Origin: an uncultured virus (IMG/VR IMGVR_UViG_2124908030_000002)
Lineage: Duplodnaviria; Heunggongvirae; Uroviricota; Caudoviricetes; Thumleimavirales; Hafunaviridae
Length of the DNA: 47,091 nucleotides
Direction: 5' to 3' (one strand)
Virus record (IMG/VR): IMGVR_UViG_2124908030_000002
A model generated the notes under the pieces. It was not told the DNA's origin. It did no database searches and saw only the letters and a program-made list of their open reading frames with translations. This document shows positions 31,486 through 41,950 of the stretch, one piece after another. The position numbers and the translations under genes were made by a program. Position 1 is the stretch's first letter, and the number at the start of each line of letters is the position of its first letter.

Positions 31486-31700
31486 TATTGGTCCATCTGC
31501 GCGGCGACTTGTTCACGCGCCTGTTCTATCTTCTCTGCTGCTCCGTCGCCCCAGAAGATTCCGCTGCGCTTGTCAGACGCATCCTTGTTTGCTTTCAGCA
31601 CCGTTAGCACCGTCTCCGCCGTTTCTTCGTCAAGGCTGACTGTCATGATAGGTTGTGTCGCGCCACCCCGGACTCGTTGACCGAGGTGGTTTCGGGACAT
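31485..31700 (-). CDS. hypothetical protein (leaderless, own promoter)
   Basis: AGTTAAGTC box ~25 nt upstream of ATG 31700; copy at 28951-29166. Confidence 0.55.
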   Translation of the reverse strand: MSRNHLGQRVRGGATQPIMTVSLDEETAETVLTVLKANKDASDKRSGIFWGDGAAEKIEQAREQVAAQMDQ

Positions 31701-31740
31701 ACCTAACAATAGAAACGCGCCGACTTAACTCTTTGCTATT

Positions 31741-31929
31741 CTAGGGGTGACGGTCGAAGTGGAAGTAGTACCTGTTAGCGCGACCCGGTGCTGTATCCTC
31801 TTCACAGACACGGAACAGGTCTGTGTGTTCCAGCAAGTCGCCTCTTGACCACGACTCAACTATTAGTTGGGTCGCAATATCGCACTCGGGACACGAATCT
31901 AGCTCTTCGACTTCTTCAATCTGAACCAT
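31741..31929 (-). CDS. CPxC hypothetical protein
   Basis: LDSCPECD; copy at 29207-29395. Confidence 0.5.
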   Translation of the reverse strand: MVQIEEVEELDSCPECDIATQLIVESWSRGDLLEHTDLFRVCEEDTAPGRANRYYFHFDRHP

Positions 31930-32062
31930 AGTATTCTCTCCGTTTCCGCTCCGAGTAGCAGTCCTTACAGAACCGGCCCCCACCCGGAACCGTTCGGATG
32001 TTTTTTAGTCGAACGTAGCCGCCACAGTACCCTTCGCAGGGCCTCTTTGTGTTGCCGTTCAT
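31916..32062 (-). CDS. small Zn-finger protein
   Basis: MNGNTKRPCEGYCGG...RFCKDC. Confidence 0.5.
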   Translation of the reverse strand: MNGNTKRPCEGYCGGYVRLKNIRTVPGGGRFCKDCYSERKRREYYGSD

Positions 32063-33057
32063 CGTCCCTGTGCTGACGGGCAGATGTCGTAGAACCAGCA
32101 AGCCCCATCGCCCCAGTGACAAAGATTCTGAGGCTCGAAGTCGAAGTTGGCGGGTACACCATCCTCGTCTCGCTCTCCCGGTTCCTCCTGAAGCGAGAGA
32201 ACGGCGTCTTTGATGTCCCACCGACGTTCCTTCACGCCGTACTCCCCAACGACCAGCTCGTCGGCGTCAGGGTAGTAGATGGCGACAGCATCCACGTCGT
32301 AGACGTGTTCTGCCATCCATCCATAGAACTCAGTTTCCAGCAGCACTTCTTCCATGATTTCATCAAGGAAGGGCGCTCCCTCGTACTTGACCTTCGGACA
32401 GCTCCCGGTCTTGTAGTCAACTATCGTGACTCCGGAACCCGTCACGCCGGGGACGCTGGCCGAGTTGAGTACCACGTCAGCCTTGCCCATCCACGGGATG
32501 TCACCGACAGGCGGGCCGGACTCGTCTATGTAGTCGGGGTTGCCGTCGTAGCTCTCCGGTGGCTCTCCCATCCAAAACTCGGCCTCTACTTCGAGGGGTT
32601 CCCAAGCGTTCAGCAGCTCGGTCTGAAAGTCAACTGCTCCACCGGGAACCCGGTCGAAAGCATAGTTGAGAGTGCGCTTGGCTTCCCTCCACCGCCGCTC
32701 TTCAAACTCCATGAACGACCCCACATGGTCCAACCACTGCGAGGTGTATTTGAAGCCCGGCATCAGCGGGGTGAATCGGTCGGGCTTCTCGCTGTTGGAC
32801 GCTATGTAGTCAATCAGGTTCTCGTGGAACTTCTCGAAGGCCTCGTGGATTAGTGTCCCTTTTTCCGTGTGGTACGTTGCCGGCTCCCTGTGTTCGCACC
32901 AATATTTGAGGAAAAAGTTGAACGGACACTTCTTGTAGGTCTTGATACGGGACTTGGAACAGTAATCTAATCCGTTCTCCCGCTTCTCGTCGGATACGGA
33001 AAGCGCCGTCCCCGGCTCTATGCCGGTCAGCGACTCGTCGGTGTGGATTTGGCTCAT
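32059..33057 (-). CDS. Cas4/RecB-like PD-(D/E)xK nuclease with Fe-S cysteines
   Basis: SKSRIKTYKKCP, KGTLIHE, EVE, GKAD, IVDYKTG and C-terminal LCHW..CWFYDIC. Confidence 0.85.
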   Translation of the reverse strand: MSQIHTDESLTGIEPGTALSVSDEKRENGLDYCSKSRIKTYKKCPFNFFLKYWCEHREPATYHTEKGTLIHEAFEKFHENLIDYIASNSEKPDRFTPLMPGFKYTSQWLDHVGSFMEFEERRWREAKRTLNYAFDRVPGGAVDFQTELLNAWEPLEVEAEFWMGEPPESYDGNPDYIDESGPPVGDIPWMGKADVVLNSASVPGVTGSGVTIVDYKTGSCPKVKYEGAPFLDEIMEEVLLETEFYGWMAEHVYDVDAVAIYYPDADELVVGEYGVKERRWDIKDAVLSLQEEPGERDEDGVPANFDFEPQNLCHWGDGACWFYDICPSAQGR

Positions 33058-34411
33058 CTCATGCCCTCTAAGTTCACGGCTCCGCCCTTTGCGTACTCTT
33101 TCCGCTGCTCCCGTTCAGCCTCTTGTAACATCTTCTTGAAGGCCGGGGTCGTCTGCTTCATCATCCTTCGGCGGGAGCGTTCTTCTTCGTACCACCGGCT
33201 CTTGTCTTCGGCAGTCGTTTCGTCATCGTGCCACCAGTCGGGGAAGTCGTAGTCTGTCATGTGTCTGTTTCTTCTTCTAGCGCGTCAAGGTGGTCTGTGA
33301 TGTCCATAGCGGCGTCTCCGTCAAACTCAACCACTACTCGTCCTTCCTCGTCCTTCTTCATCGCAGCTCTGAACAGCATCTTCCGCAGTTCCTCCTGCCC
33401 CAAGACGTGGAAGATAAAGCTCCACTGCTGGTTTTCTTCGCTAGGCATCGAACGCCTTTGACATTTTACCAGCTTGGTCGCCGCTCGGTCGCCGGGGAGC
33501 AAACTCGGGAAGCTCTTCTATCAGCGCCCGAGTCTCAACGATGCTTCGTTCAATCTGGATTGCGAGGTCGTCAATCTGCTCGTCTAGGTCATTCCCCATC
33601 CTCCACCACCTCCCGCAGCTCTTCGAGCATGACGGGAACGTCGTTGATGTCAAAGTCAAAGGCTATCTCCCATCCTTCTTTTGCTGGAAGTCCTTCTCCT
33701 TCTGGCATCAGGCCGTCAAGGTTTTCAAGTTCGTCTATCAGTTGCTCTGCCCCTTCTTCGCTGATAATCTGCTGAAGTGCGGTTGGGTCTTTCATTTGAG
33801 TAGTCTCGCTCGTTCGGCTATCTCCTTCTGCCGGAGCATAATGTTCATGTCTATCCCGACGTAGCTCGCTGCTACTCGGCAGTTGTAGTCGTTTTCAGAC
33901 GCAAGCTCCGCAGCTTTCTTAGCAGCAGTCTGAAGCTCTTCGTCAACTCCAACATCAGTCGTCGGATGGTCCATCAACATCAACGTCTAGACCAAGGAGC
34001 TTCTGTGTCGCTTCGACTTGAGCGGCTTCCTGTTCTGCGAACTGCTCTGCGAGGGCGGCTTCCGGCGTTTCTTCTCCCAGCTGCTCGGCGATAGCAGCCG
34101 CTTGCTGAGGCATCATGTCCATCTCGAACTGCCGGGTGACGGTCACGACGAACGTGTGCGGAGTCGGGTTGTTTGTGAGTTGGTCGGGAAGGTCTTCTTC
34201 TTGGGTTTCTTCAGTCATTAGTTTCTGATTCCGCTTTGACTATGTTTCCATAATCAAGTGTTTCCGGCTCTCTTCCATCGGCGAACGTCAGTCGGAGCGT
34301 CGAAGTCATGGGGGGATTGTTGAAGGACTGGACGCCCTCAAACTCTTCAACGATAACTTCTCCCCCCACGAGTTGATGCTCTACGTGTACTGTGAAGCTC
34401 ATGTGTGACAC
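33054..34411 (-). other. cluster of about seven small, overlapping hypothetical ORFs
   Basis: 33054-33260, 33257-33448, 33441-33599, 33589-33795, 33792-33974, 33955-34218, 34211-34411; acidic, with stop/start overlaps. Confidence 0.55.
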
Positions 34412-34529
34412 CGAGAACGCGCCCGGTCAGTCCGTGGTTCCGTAAGGCCGCTCCTGCTCGTTTTCGTTCACGATGACCCGCTCCGGGCCATCTCCTTCTA
34501 TGACTTCAAGCTCGTCTTTCTCGTCTTTG

Positions 34530-34838
34530 TCAGGCATTAGTTTCTCCTGCGTCCCGGATTAGTTCCCTCGCTGTAACCCTGTTCTTGCCGTCTCTCTCTG
34601 CTACGTGTAAGGCTTGGATTTGGCTTTCCGAGAACGACTGCCCAGCCATCCAGTCGTCAAGTTCGGACACCGTGTAGTCGCCGGGGTCGAATGGGGCCGG
34701 GTTCTCGGTGTCAGTCTCCACACGGGTCAGCACCGTGATGGTGTTGTTGTTACTGCTTACCAGTTCTAGAAACTCTCCGTCAGGTTCCTCGAACGTTCTC
34801 TGCCCTTCAACCTGCTTTAGTGTTTCTTCCCTTATCAT
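34530..34838 (-). CDS. hypothetical protein with TVSEL...AE..GKNR.TA helical motif
   Basis: FDPGDYTVSELDDW...AERDGKNRVTARELI. Confidence 0.55.
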   Translation of the reverse strand: MIREETLKQVEGQRTFEEPDGEFLELVSSNNNTITVLTRVETDTENPAPFDPGDYTVSELDDWMAGQSFSESQIQALHVAERDGKNRVTARELIRDAGETNA

Positions 34839-35215
34839 GTATCGAAGTAGCCGGAATACTCTCCGTCCCGCTTGCCGTGTAGTTCCTCGTCTCCCCGCTG
34901 GATTCTGAGGTACAATCCAAACGCGCTTTTCTTCGCCTCTGCGAGAACTTCTGCTGTGTTCGAGCCGGGGTTGGCGTTCTCTTCTTCTATTAGCCGCTCG
35001 TCTAGCGCCTGCTGTAGACCAAGCGCGCCGGCCTTGTACTGTTCAACCTCGTTGTGACCTTCGGCGATGTCGAGCAAGACAGCGTTCAGCGGCATCGTGC
35101 CACCCGGAGCATCGATTCTGGTGTTCTTGACGATTCTCTTCAGTTCTGTCGGATTGATGTCGTCAAAGGTAGAGGGGGAAGGCTGCTTGTCACCTTCCTT
35201 GTTCAATCTCTTCAC
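34835..35215 (-). CDS. hypothetical protein
   Basis: 126 aa ORF coupled to neighbours. Confidence 0.5.
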   Translation of the reverse strand: MKRLNKEGDKQPSPSTFDDINPTELKRIVKNTRIDAPGGTMPLNAVLLDIAEGHNEVEQYKAGALGLQQALDERLIEEENANPGSNTAEVLAEAKKSAFGLYLRIQRGDEELHGKRDGEYSGYFDT

Positions 35216-35567
35216 TATGAATCACAGTAGCTAGGATACAGTCTTCTCCATCAACTACCACACGCTTTAGTTCTACTTCGTCTTCAACTACCGTTCCATC
35301 CCCTCTGCGGAACTTGATGGTCGTCGTACATCCTGAATCACAACAACCGGAAAGGCACTCTTGGAACAGCTGACCCGTTTCTATTTCCGTTTCGGGGAGG
35401 TACTCCGCGCATGGAGTCCCGACTATTTCATCCCTGTCACGGCGATGAAACATAGCCATTACGTCATTAACCTCTAGGTATTCCAACTCAGAGGTGATTA
35501 GAGCTTTAGGAGTCTGCTCTTGACAACTACGAATCTCATTTTTCTCTAGTTCCATCTTAGCCTTCAC
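35190..35567 (-). CDS. stand-alone PAS domain protein
   Basis: YLEVND.M..F..R.RDEIVG......P and FRRGDGTVVEDEVELKRVVVDGEDCILATV PAS/PAC pattern. Confidence 0.75.
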   Translation of the reverse strand: MKAKMELEKNEIRSCQEQTPKALITSELEYLEVNDVMAMFHRRDRDEIVGTPCAEYLPETEIETGQLFQECLSGCCDSGCTTTIKFRRGDGTVVEDEVELKRVVVDGEDCILATVIHSEEIEQGR

Positions 35568-35889
35568 TTTCTACGCGACCGGCAGCCTTCGAGTCAATTA
35601 TTATCGGCTCGATTATTTCACCGTTTCCGGCACAGATTATCCCGCACTCCGGACATACTGGTTCAGAGTCTTCGTCATAGGTGGCCCCTATCTCGCACTC
35701 GGGACACTTGACTCTGCTATGAGTAACATCCTTCTCAACTATGTTTCCGTAGTCGGTGGCCTTAAGAATTGGTATTCCCGGCGAGATTTCTTCCGCTGTT
35801 AGCGGGTTATGTTTCCGATATTTATCATGTGTCTTTTCTAAGGAAATCTTCCGAACCGGCTTCCCGATACGGGAATGGTTTTCTGGCAT
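35557..35889 (-). CDS. TFIIB-type Zn-ribbon protein
   Basis: KCPECE..ATYDEDSEPVCPECGII; TTAAGTC box at 35930-35936 upstream. Confidence 0.6.
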   Translation of the reverse strand: MPENHSRIGKPVRKISLEKTHDKYRKHNPLTAEEISPGIPILKATDYGNIVEKDVTHSRVKCPECEIGATYDEDSEPVCPECGIICAGNGEIIEPIIIDSKAAGRVESEG

Positions 35890-35954
35890 TTGGAGACTAG
35901 AACTTCTATGTAAACACAAGAGGCGAAACGACTTAAGGCTATCGACTTAGAGTC

Positions 35955-37275
35955 TTACAAAGCCATGTCAATCGTCTCTTCACCGGCTTCTTCTTCGGTG
36001 ACAGGCTGCGTGAAGTCAAGCGGGTAGAACCAGCTTACGACGCGCTCGTCGCTGACACCGTGAACCGTGGCTGCTGGCTCTCCCCACTCGGCAAGAGACT
36101 CCTCGAAGTCCGAGGGCGGGACGATGGCCCCGGACTCGATGATGGGTGTGCTGGCGATGCTGTCGTACTGGAAGGTGTGGTAGTGACCGCGATAGGCTAT
36201 ATCGAAGCTGTGCTGGTCCTTCCAAGCGTACCATCGTTTCTTTCCTGCGGAAGTCCCGACGTGTTCGAGAGAGTTTTGCCCGTGGCGGAGGTGGGCGCGG
36301 TGTCCCGACTCAAGCTCTGGCGGAAGCTCGGACACGTCTAATGTCGAGGGCTTCTGCCTTCTCTTGGTCCCGCTCCGGTCGCGCTCGCATCCGGAAGTTG
36401 GTGTAGCTCCCGGCCTTCGACCGAATGAACTTGATGTTCTCGTAGCCTCGGTCCCGAACGCGACGGTCGAGACTCATGAAGAACGCCGTGTCAACGTTGT
36501 CTTCAGGCCCCATGCCGTCGCCGCGAAGCTCTCCGTGGTTGCCCTCCTGACAGATGACTTGGACCGAATCAAACTCGGAGCAAGCCCGGTCGATGAACTC
36601 CATGTAGATGTCGGAAGCTATCGTCAGCTGCTCCGGCAGAGAGAGTTGGGTTTCCCACGGCATATCGCTGTGGATGCCGATGCCGTGAAGGTGGTCGCCG
36701 CCCAACACGAGGTGGAACGTATCGAAGTCCACCCCGGCGGCCTCTTGGCGGGCCTTCATCTCGAACACTTTGTCAGAGATGGCACGGACCCGCTGGATGC
36801 CGATTTCTGCGTTGTAGGTGAAGTTGCCGTACTCGTCATGGTACTTCGCCCCGATGTGGTCGTCGGAGCGGTGACACACCATGTCTTCGTTGCTGTCACG
36901 GACAGAGAGGCCGTCAGAAGGAGTTGCAACTGCTCGCCCGTTCAGGTCACGGTCAAGGTACTGAATCAGCTCGTGGACCTTCGACTTGGCGTCTTTCGTC
37001 ACCGAAGCCTTCGACCGAAGCTCGTGCGTCGGCTCGCTCGGGTTAGTGGGATGCTCCTGTTCTTCCGGCCGGTAGTAAAACTCTTTGACGCCATCAACTT
37101 GTCTGACGCCGAGAGGTACGCCGTCTACGCTCCGCAGCCGGCTGACGTAATCTCGGGCGGTTGTTTCTTTCACACCAAGAGACTCTGCTAGCTCTTGGTA
37201 AGTGGCCCCACCTTCTAGGATGTAGCCGAAAGTTTTCTGGCGCGCTTGAGACTGAATTGTTTCTTGGTTTGTCAA
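35955..37275 (-). CDS. HTH + calcineurin-like metallophosphoesterase (frameshift ~36340)
   Basis: TYQELAESLGVKETTARDYVSRL HTH; SDDHIG, GGDHLHG, EGNHG, RHGQ and GHYH motifs span the two ORFs. Confidence 0.85.
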
Positions 37276-37307
37276 GGGAAACTAGATGCCCTGTAAGGGG
37301 CCGGCGG

Positions 37308-38513
37308 TTACTTCTGAATGTCTTCGGAGCGGTTGTATATCGAGCATCCTGCGCCGAGGCAAAACATCGGTGCCCGGTCTGCTATCTTCGCGCAGGAGAA
37401 CTTGTGGTACTCCCGTCCGATAATCTTGTCAATCTGTTCGTCCATGTAGCTCTGCTCGTAACCGGGAAGGTCGGCGAAGAAGGCATGAATCACGTCTCGC
37501 GGGACTCCCATCTCCACGAACAAACCGATTATGTTCAGCTCCATCAGGTGCGAGGAGTTGCCGTAGTCGAAGGCGTCGTCCCGGTTACGGAACGCCTCAA
37601 CACACGGCTTGTTGGTCGTCAGGAACGCAAGGTCTTCCAGCTCGATGTCGTCATTAGACTCTTCAGAATAGGCCTTGATTGCCGCCGGGTTATGGACGGA
37701 ACTTCTTCGACTGGAACTAACCGAAGTTCCCGTCTCCGCCGTCCGGATGGCCTGAACCACTTTGTCTCCGGCAGTCATGGACGGGTTCCGCTCACCGCTG
37801 ACCGACCGAGGCCCTTCAGTCAAAGAGAGATAGCCGTCAACGTCCAGCTCTGACAGCTCTTCGATGGTGAGCGGAACACACCACCGAGTCCTGTCGTCAT
37901 ATGCTGCGCCGTGATGAATCGTGTTCGGATGGCGAGCAAGCCGTCCGAGGTCTGACGCATCAACGTCAACCCACGGGTCGATGTTGACACCGCCGGCTGC
38001 CGTCTGAAGCCAATCCATCACGGTTTCTCCGTAGCTTTTCAACCCGCTCTTAAACTCACTGAACGAGCCGTTGTTCGTTGCGATAGTCGGGAAGTCAAGG
38101 TAGAGATGAAGGCCCTTGTGACCCGACAGCGTGGCGCGGAAGTGCTGCTCCTGCCCCTCATCGATGATTGCCGACGCAACCATTCTGGCCCGAGTGAGAA
38201 GCGCACTCATGTCTCTGCGCCACCCCTCGTAGCTCGTCTCTCCCTGCTTCGGGTCGTAGTCGTCTTTGACAATATCGAAGTCGATGAAGATACAGTTGAC
38301 CTTCGGGATGTTGCCGTCTCGACTATGACCACGAGGGAACGCATAGACCGAGTAGTACCCCGGCATCTCTGAGTCTCGGGCAGACTCTAGGGAAGAGCAG
38401 AACGAGTTGCGACTGTTGCGGCGGGCCTGAATCGTGTCGGAGTTGCTGGCCTGTCGCGGGAAGTCCGGGGCAAAGACTCTGCTTGCCTTCCAAAGAGTCT
38501 TATCGGCGTTCAT
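37308..38513 (-). CDS. archaeo-eukaryotic primase (AEP) with PriL-like Cys C-terminus
   Basis: IFIDFD, SGHKGLHLY, RLARHPNT; KPC and FSC..FC....C. Confidence 0.8.
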   Translation of the reverse strand: MNADKTLWKASRVFAPDFPRQASNSDTIQARRNSRNSFCSSLESARDSEMPGYYSVYAFPRGHSRDGNIPKVNCIFIDFDIVKDDYDPKQGETSYEGWRRDMSALLTRARMVASAIIDEGQEQHFRATLSGHKGLHLYLDFPTIATNNGSFSEFKSGLKSYGETVMDWLQTAAGGVNIDPWVDVDASDLGRLARHPNTIHHGAAYDDRTRWCVPLTIEELSELDVDGYLSLTEGPRSVSGERNPSMTAGDKVVQAIRTAETGTSVSSSRRSSVHNPAAIKAYSEESNDDIELEDLAFLTTNKPCVEAFRNRDDAFDYGNSSHLMELNIIGLFVEMGVPRDVIHAFFADLPGYEQSYMDEQIDKIIGREYHKFSCAKIADRAPMFCLGAGCSIYNRSEDIQK

Positions 38514-38701
38514 TCTGCCTGCTCTTTGAGCGTTTCAGTCATTTCTTGAACCTCTTCAGCCGACAGGTAGTTGATGTCTTCCGGAACGATTGCCACGCTC
38601 ACATCTTCTGGAACTACGTTTTCCATCTCTTTATTCAGGGCAGACAGCTCTCTGTTGGTCCATACTCCTACCTCGAAACTGACGAATAGCGTTCGTGTCA
38701 T
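38510..38701 (-). CDS. hypothetical protein
   Basis: 63 aa acidic ORF coupled to primase. Confidence 0.5.
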   Translation of the reverse strand: MTRTLFVSFEVGVWTNRELSALNKEMENVVPEDVSVAIVPEDINYLSAEEVQEMTETLKEQAE

Positions 38702-41106
38702 GTGAGAGTGTTCTGGTTGTCGTCACCGCTGTCGTAAATCCCACCACCGAGCGTTTCCTCTTCAGCTTCGTTGGCTTCTTCGACCGCTCGTTCAGCTCGT
38801 TCGCCTCTTCTTCCGCGAGGTTCACGGTGTGGCCGTCGAAGGGGTGAGTCACCAGCAGCCCCTCGCCTTCAAGGAACTGCTGCTCATAGTCCATCGCTAC
38901 CGGCGTCGGGTAGTGGTCGTGGACTACCTCTCGGGTATCATCAATCAGGGTCGGCCAATCGAGGTTGACCTTCCGAGAGACTTGCGTAGCGAAGTCTGAC
39001 GCCGACCACTCGTGGGGTGTCGTCGTCTTGTCCGGGCTGACGTACCCCTTCGAGAGCATCGACTTGAGCGAAGACCGGATGTCAGAAGGACGGATGTTCC
39101 ACCCTTGCTGACGCATCATCGACTGAAGCCGGTCCACGGAGAATTGCTGACCGCCAGCATCTCGAAGCACATCGAGCAGCGCGAAGTCTTTGTCCTGTAG
39201 GTTTAGCGCCGACAGGACCATCTTCTCGCCGAATATCCTCATGCCGAGCCACGCATCTGCCGGCGTCACCAGCAGCGTGAAGTCGTTGTCGTGCCGGGTG
39301 TCGCCGGTCCACATATTCTGTGGCACCTCAATCCGGTTCCGATGGTGGAACAACGTCACGGTCTTCATGAAGTCTGACAGACGCGGNNNNNNNNNNNNNN
39401 NNNNNNNNNNNNNNNNNNNNNNNNNNNNNNNNNNNNNNNNNNNNNNNNNNNNNNNNNNNNNNNNNNNNNNNNNNNNNNNNNNNNNNNNNNNNNNNNNNNN
39501 NNNNNNNNNNNNNNNNNNNNNNNNNNNNNNNNNNNNNNNNNNNNNNNNNNNNNNNNNNNNNNNNNNNNNNNNNNNNNNNNNNNNNNNNNNNNNNNNNNNN
39601 NNNNNNNNNNNNNNNNNNNNNNNNNNNNNNNNNNNNNNNNNNNNNNNNNNNNNNNNNNNNNNNNNNNNNNNNNNNNNNNNNNNNNNNNNNNNNNNNNNNN
39701 NNNNNNNNNNNNNNNNNNNNNNNNNNNNNNNNNNNNNNNNNNNNNNNNNNNNNNNNNNNNNNNNNNNNNNNNNNNNNNNNNNNNNNNNNNNNNNNNNNNN
39801 NNNNNNNNNNNNNNNNNNNNNNNNNNNNNNNNNNNNNNNNNNNNNNNNNNNNNNNNNNNNNNNNNNNNNNNNNNNNNNNNNNNNNNNNNNNNNNNNNNNN
39901 NNNNNNNNNNNNNNNNNNNNNNNNNNNNNNNNNNNNNNNNNNNNNNNNNNNNNNNNNNNNNNNNNNNNNNNNNNNNNNNNNNNNNNNNNNNNNNNNNNNN
40001 NNNNNNNNNNNNNNNNNNNNNNNNNNNNNNNNNNNNNNNNNNNNNNNNNNNNNNNNNNNNNNNNNNNNNNNNNNNNNNNNNNNNNNNNNNNNNNNNNNNN
40101 NNNNNNNNNNNNNNNNNNNNNNNNNNNNNNNNNNNNNNNNNNNNNNNNNNNNNNNNNNNNNNNNNNNNNNNNNNNNNNNNNNNNNNNNNNNNNNNNNNNN
40201 NNNNNNNNNNNNNNNNNNNNNNNNNNNNNNNNNNNNNNNNNNNNNNNNNNNNNNNNNNNNNNNNNNNNNNNNNNNNNNNNNNNNNNNNNNNNNNNNNNNN
40301 NNNNNNNNNNNNNNNNNNNNNNNNNNNNNNNNNNNNNNNNNNNNNNNNNNNNNNNNNNNNNNNNNNNNNNNGAAGTGCTGCGGGAGCGGGTTCTGCTTGT
40401 CCATAGCCGGCATGACAGGGTTCAGGAACCCGCCGGGGTTGTCGTCTCCGTAGGCGTACATCGGGATGTTCGAGACGTACTCTCGAATCTCTGCCGTGCG
40501 CTCTTCATCGATGTTGTACTCGATGATGCCTGCTTCCTGCCTCGCTTGAGTCGTGTTGACCTTCTCGGTGAGTGACTGAGAGTCGTCAATCCCCACCACC
40601 AGCGCCCGGTTCTTCACCTCGGCGTAGTCGTCTAGGTCAACCTGCTGGTTGTCCGACGCGAGGAACAGAATCAGGCAGTTCGGCTGCTGAAGCGTCCGGA
40701 CAACATTCTCTCGCTCCCCGCCGGTCGGGTCGTTGAACGTCCGGCTGATTGAGTTGCCGTCGCCGTGAGCCTTCCAAGTATCTTCGAGGTACGTCTTATC
40801 GATGCTCGAAATGTCTTTGTGACGGTGTACCGGAGCTGCGTTTATCTCGTCTTCCATGTCAAAGAACGACGCCTTCGTCATGGAAGTTGGCATCTCGAAC
40901 ACCCAACTGTCAGGCACACAGTATTCTGCGGCGTAGACAACTGCGTCTTTCCCTCCCGACGAGAGGCCGGTCATGATGACCGACCCGCCGCCGAAGAAGG
41001 ACAGGAACACCACGAGGTGCGTGTCGCTCTCGCCGCTTAACCCCCAATCCTCGCGGAGTTGGCTAATCTCGAACAGCGTCGGAATGTCGTTTGTGTCTAT
41101 TGCCAT
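38698..41106 (-). CDS. P-loop ATPase / putative replicative helicase with C-terminal winged helix (N-gap 39387-40371; frameshift ~38785)
   Basis: Walker-A-like IMTGLSSGGKD, EVKNR arginine-finger-like motif, wHTH-like C-term; adjacent to primase. Confidence 0.55.
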
Positions 41107-41121
41107 GTGTTTTCGGTGTCG

Positions 41122-41283
41122 CTAGGAATCATCCATAAACTCTTCAAGTCTTTCGGTCAACGTCAAGTTCTCACGAATCATCGTCTTGTTGTGAGCGAAC
41201 GGGTACTCTGCGTTAAAGCCTTCACCGCTGGCTTTGAAACCAGCGTAGAAGGCCTCTCTGACTTCTTCTTTGGTGTATGTCAT
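41122..41283 (-). CDS. hypothetical protein
   Basis: MTYTKEEVREAFYAGF.. Confidence 0.5.
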   Translation of the reverse strand: MTYTKEEVREAFYAGFKASGEGFNAEYPFAHNKTMIRENLTLTERLEEFMDDS

Positions 41284-41369
41284 GGTTGTGTCGCCCCACT
41301 TCGGGGGCTGTCGCCGGGAACTTGGGTCGAGCAAGTCCCCTGAAGCGGCCCCCGAAATGAACGTCTTAG

Positions 41370-41950
41370 TTACTGCGCTACGCTACTCTCGCTTCGTCGG
41401 CCCGCTCGATAGTCACCGCAGCGCCGACGCCGATAGCGAGACAGAACAGCAGAGCCGGGAGCGGGTGGTATGTTCCGAACGCAACCGCCCCGAGAACACC
41501 GCAGATGGTTCCGACTAAGAATCGGAAGTCTCCTTCGTCAGCTGTCATCTCCGAAGGCCTCTTCTCTGACGTACTCTTCGTGGCGGCGCATCGCAGCCTC
41601 TTCAGCAGCGGCCATCACGTCGTCCTGACAGTCTTCGCGCCATTCCTCGAAGGCCTCTCGGCTGAGGCCGTCAGGAACCGTGTACTCCTGCTGAACGAAC
41701 GCCTCGATGGGTTCGTACTGGTCCAGCTGGACCTTCCGGCTCGCACTAACGGTGATGGTGTCCGGGCAGACTGAATAGCTCATGCCGACACCCCGAGAGC
41801 CGTGAACAGGATTCCGAAGTGCTGTAAGATGAAGTACGCACCGCCGAAGACAACCACAAGAATCGCTAGGTAGTACAGCAGGTTAAGCAGAATCAGGGCC
41901 ATGACAGCCCCAAGACCACCAAAGAGGCCGAGAACTTCTTTCACCGCCAT
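41370..41950 (-). other. two small membrane-protein ORFs flanking an 81-aa ORF (41538-41783)
   Basis: MTADEGDFRFLVGTICGVLG.. and MAVKEVLGLFGGLGAVMALILL.. read directly from sequence. Confidence 0.45.

Noticed and set aside
27850..32680. Apparent ~2.3-kb tandem duplication
   Set aside because: Bounded by 20-N gaps with degraded contig ends; best explained as two strain haplotypes scaffolded in series
29515..33057. CRISPR locus associated with the Cas4-like gene
   Set aside because: No regularly spaced repeat-spacer array or other cas genes seen
39387..40371. Possible intein or intron hidden in the ATPase gap (also polB gap 25550-26074)
   Set aside because: Only Ns, with no intein motifs at the edges. 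The polB gap is needed for motif C, and the ATPase gap size cannot be trusted.
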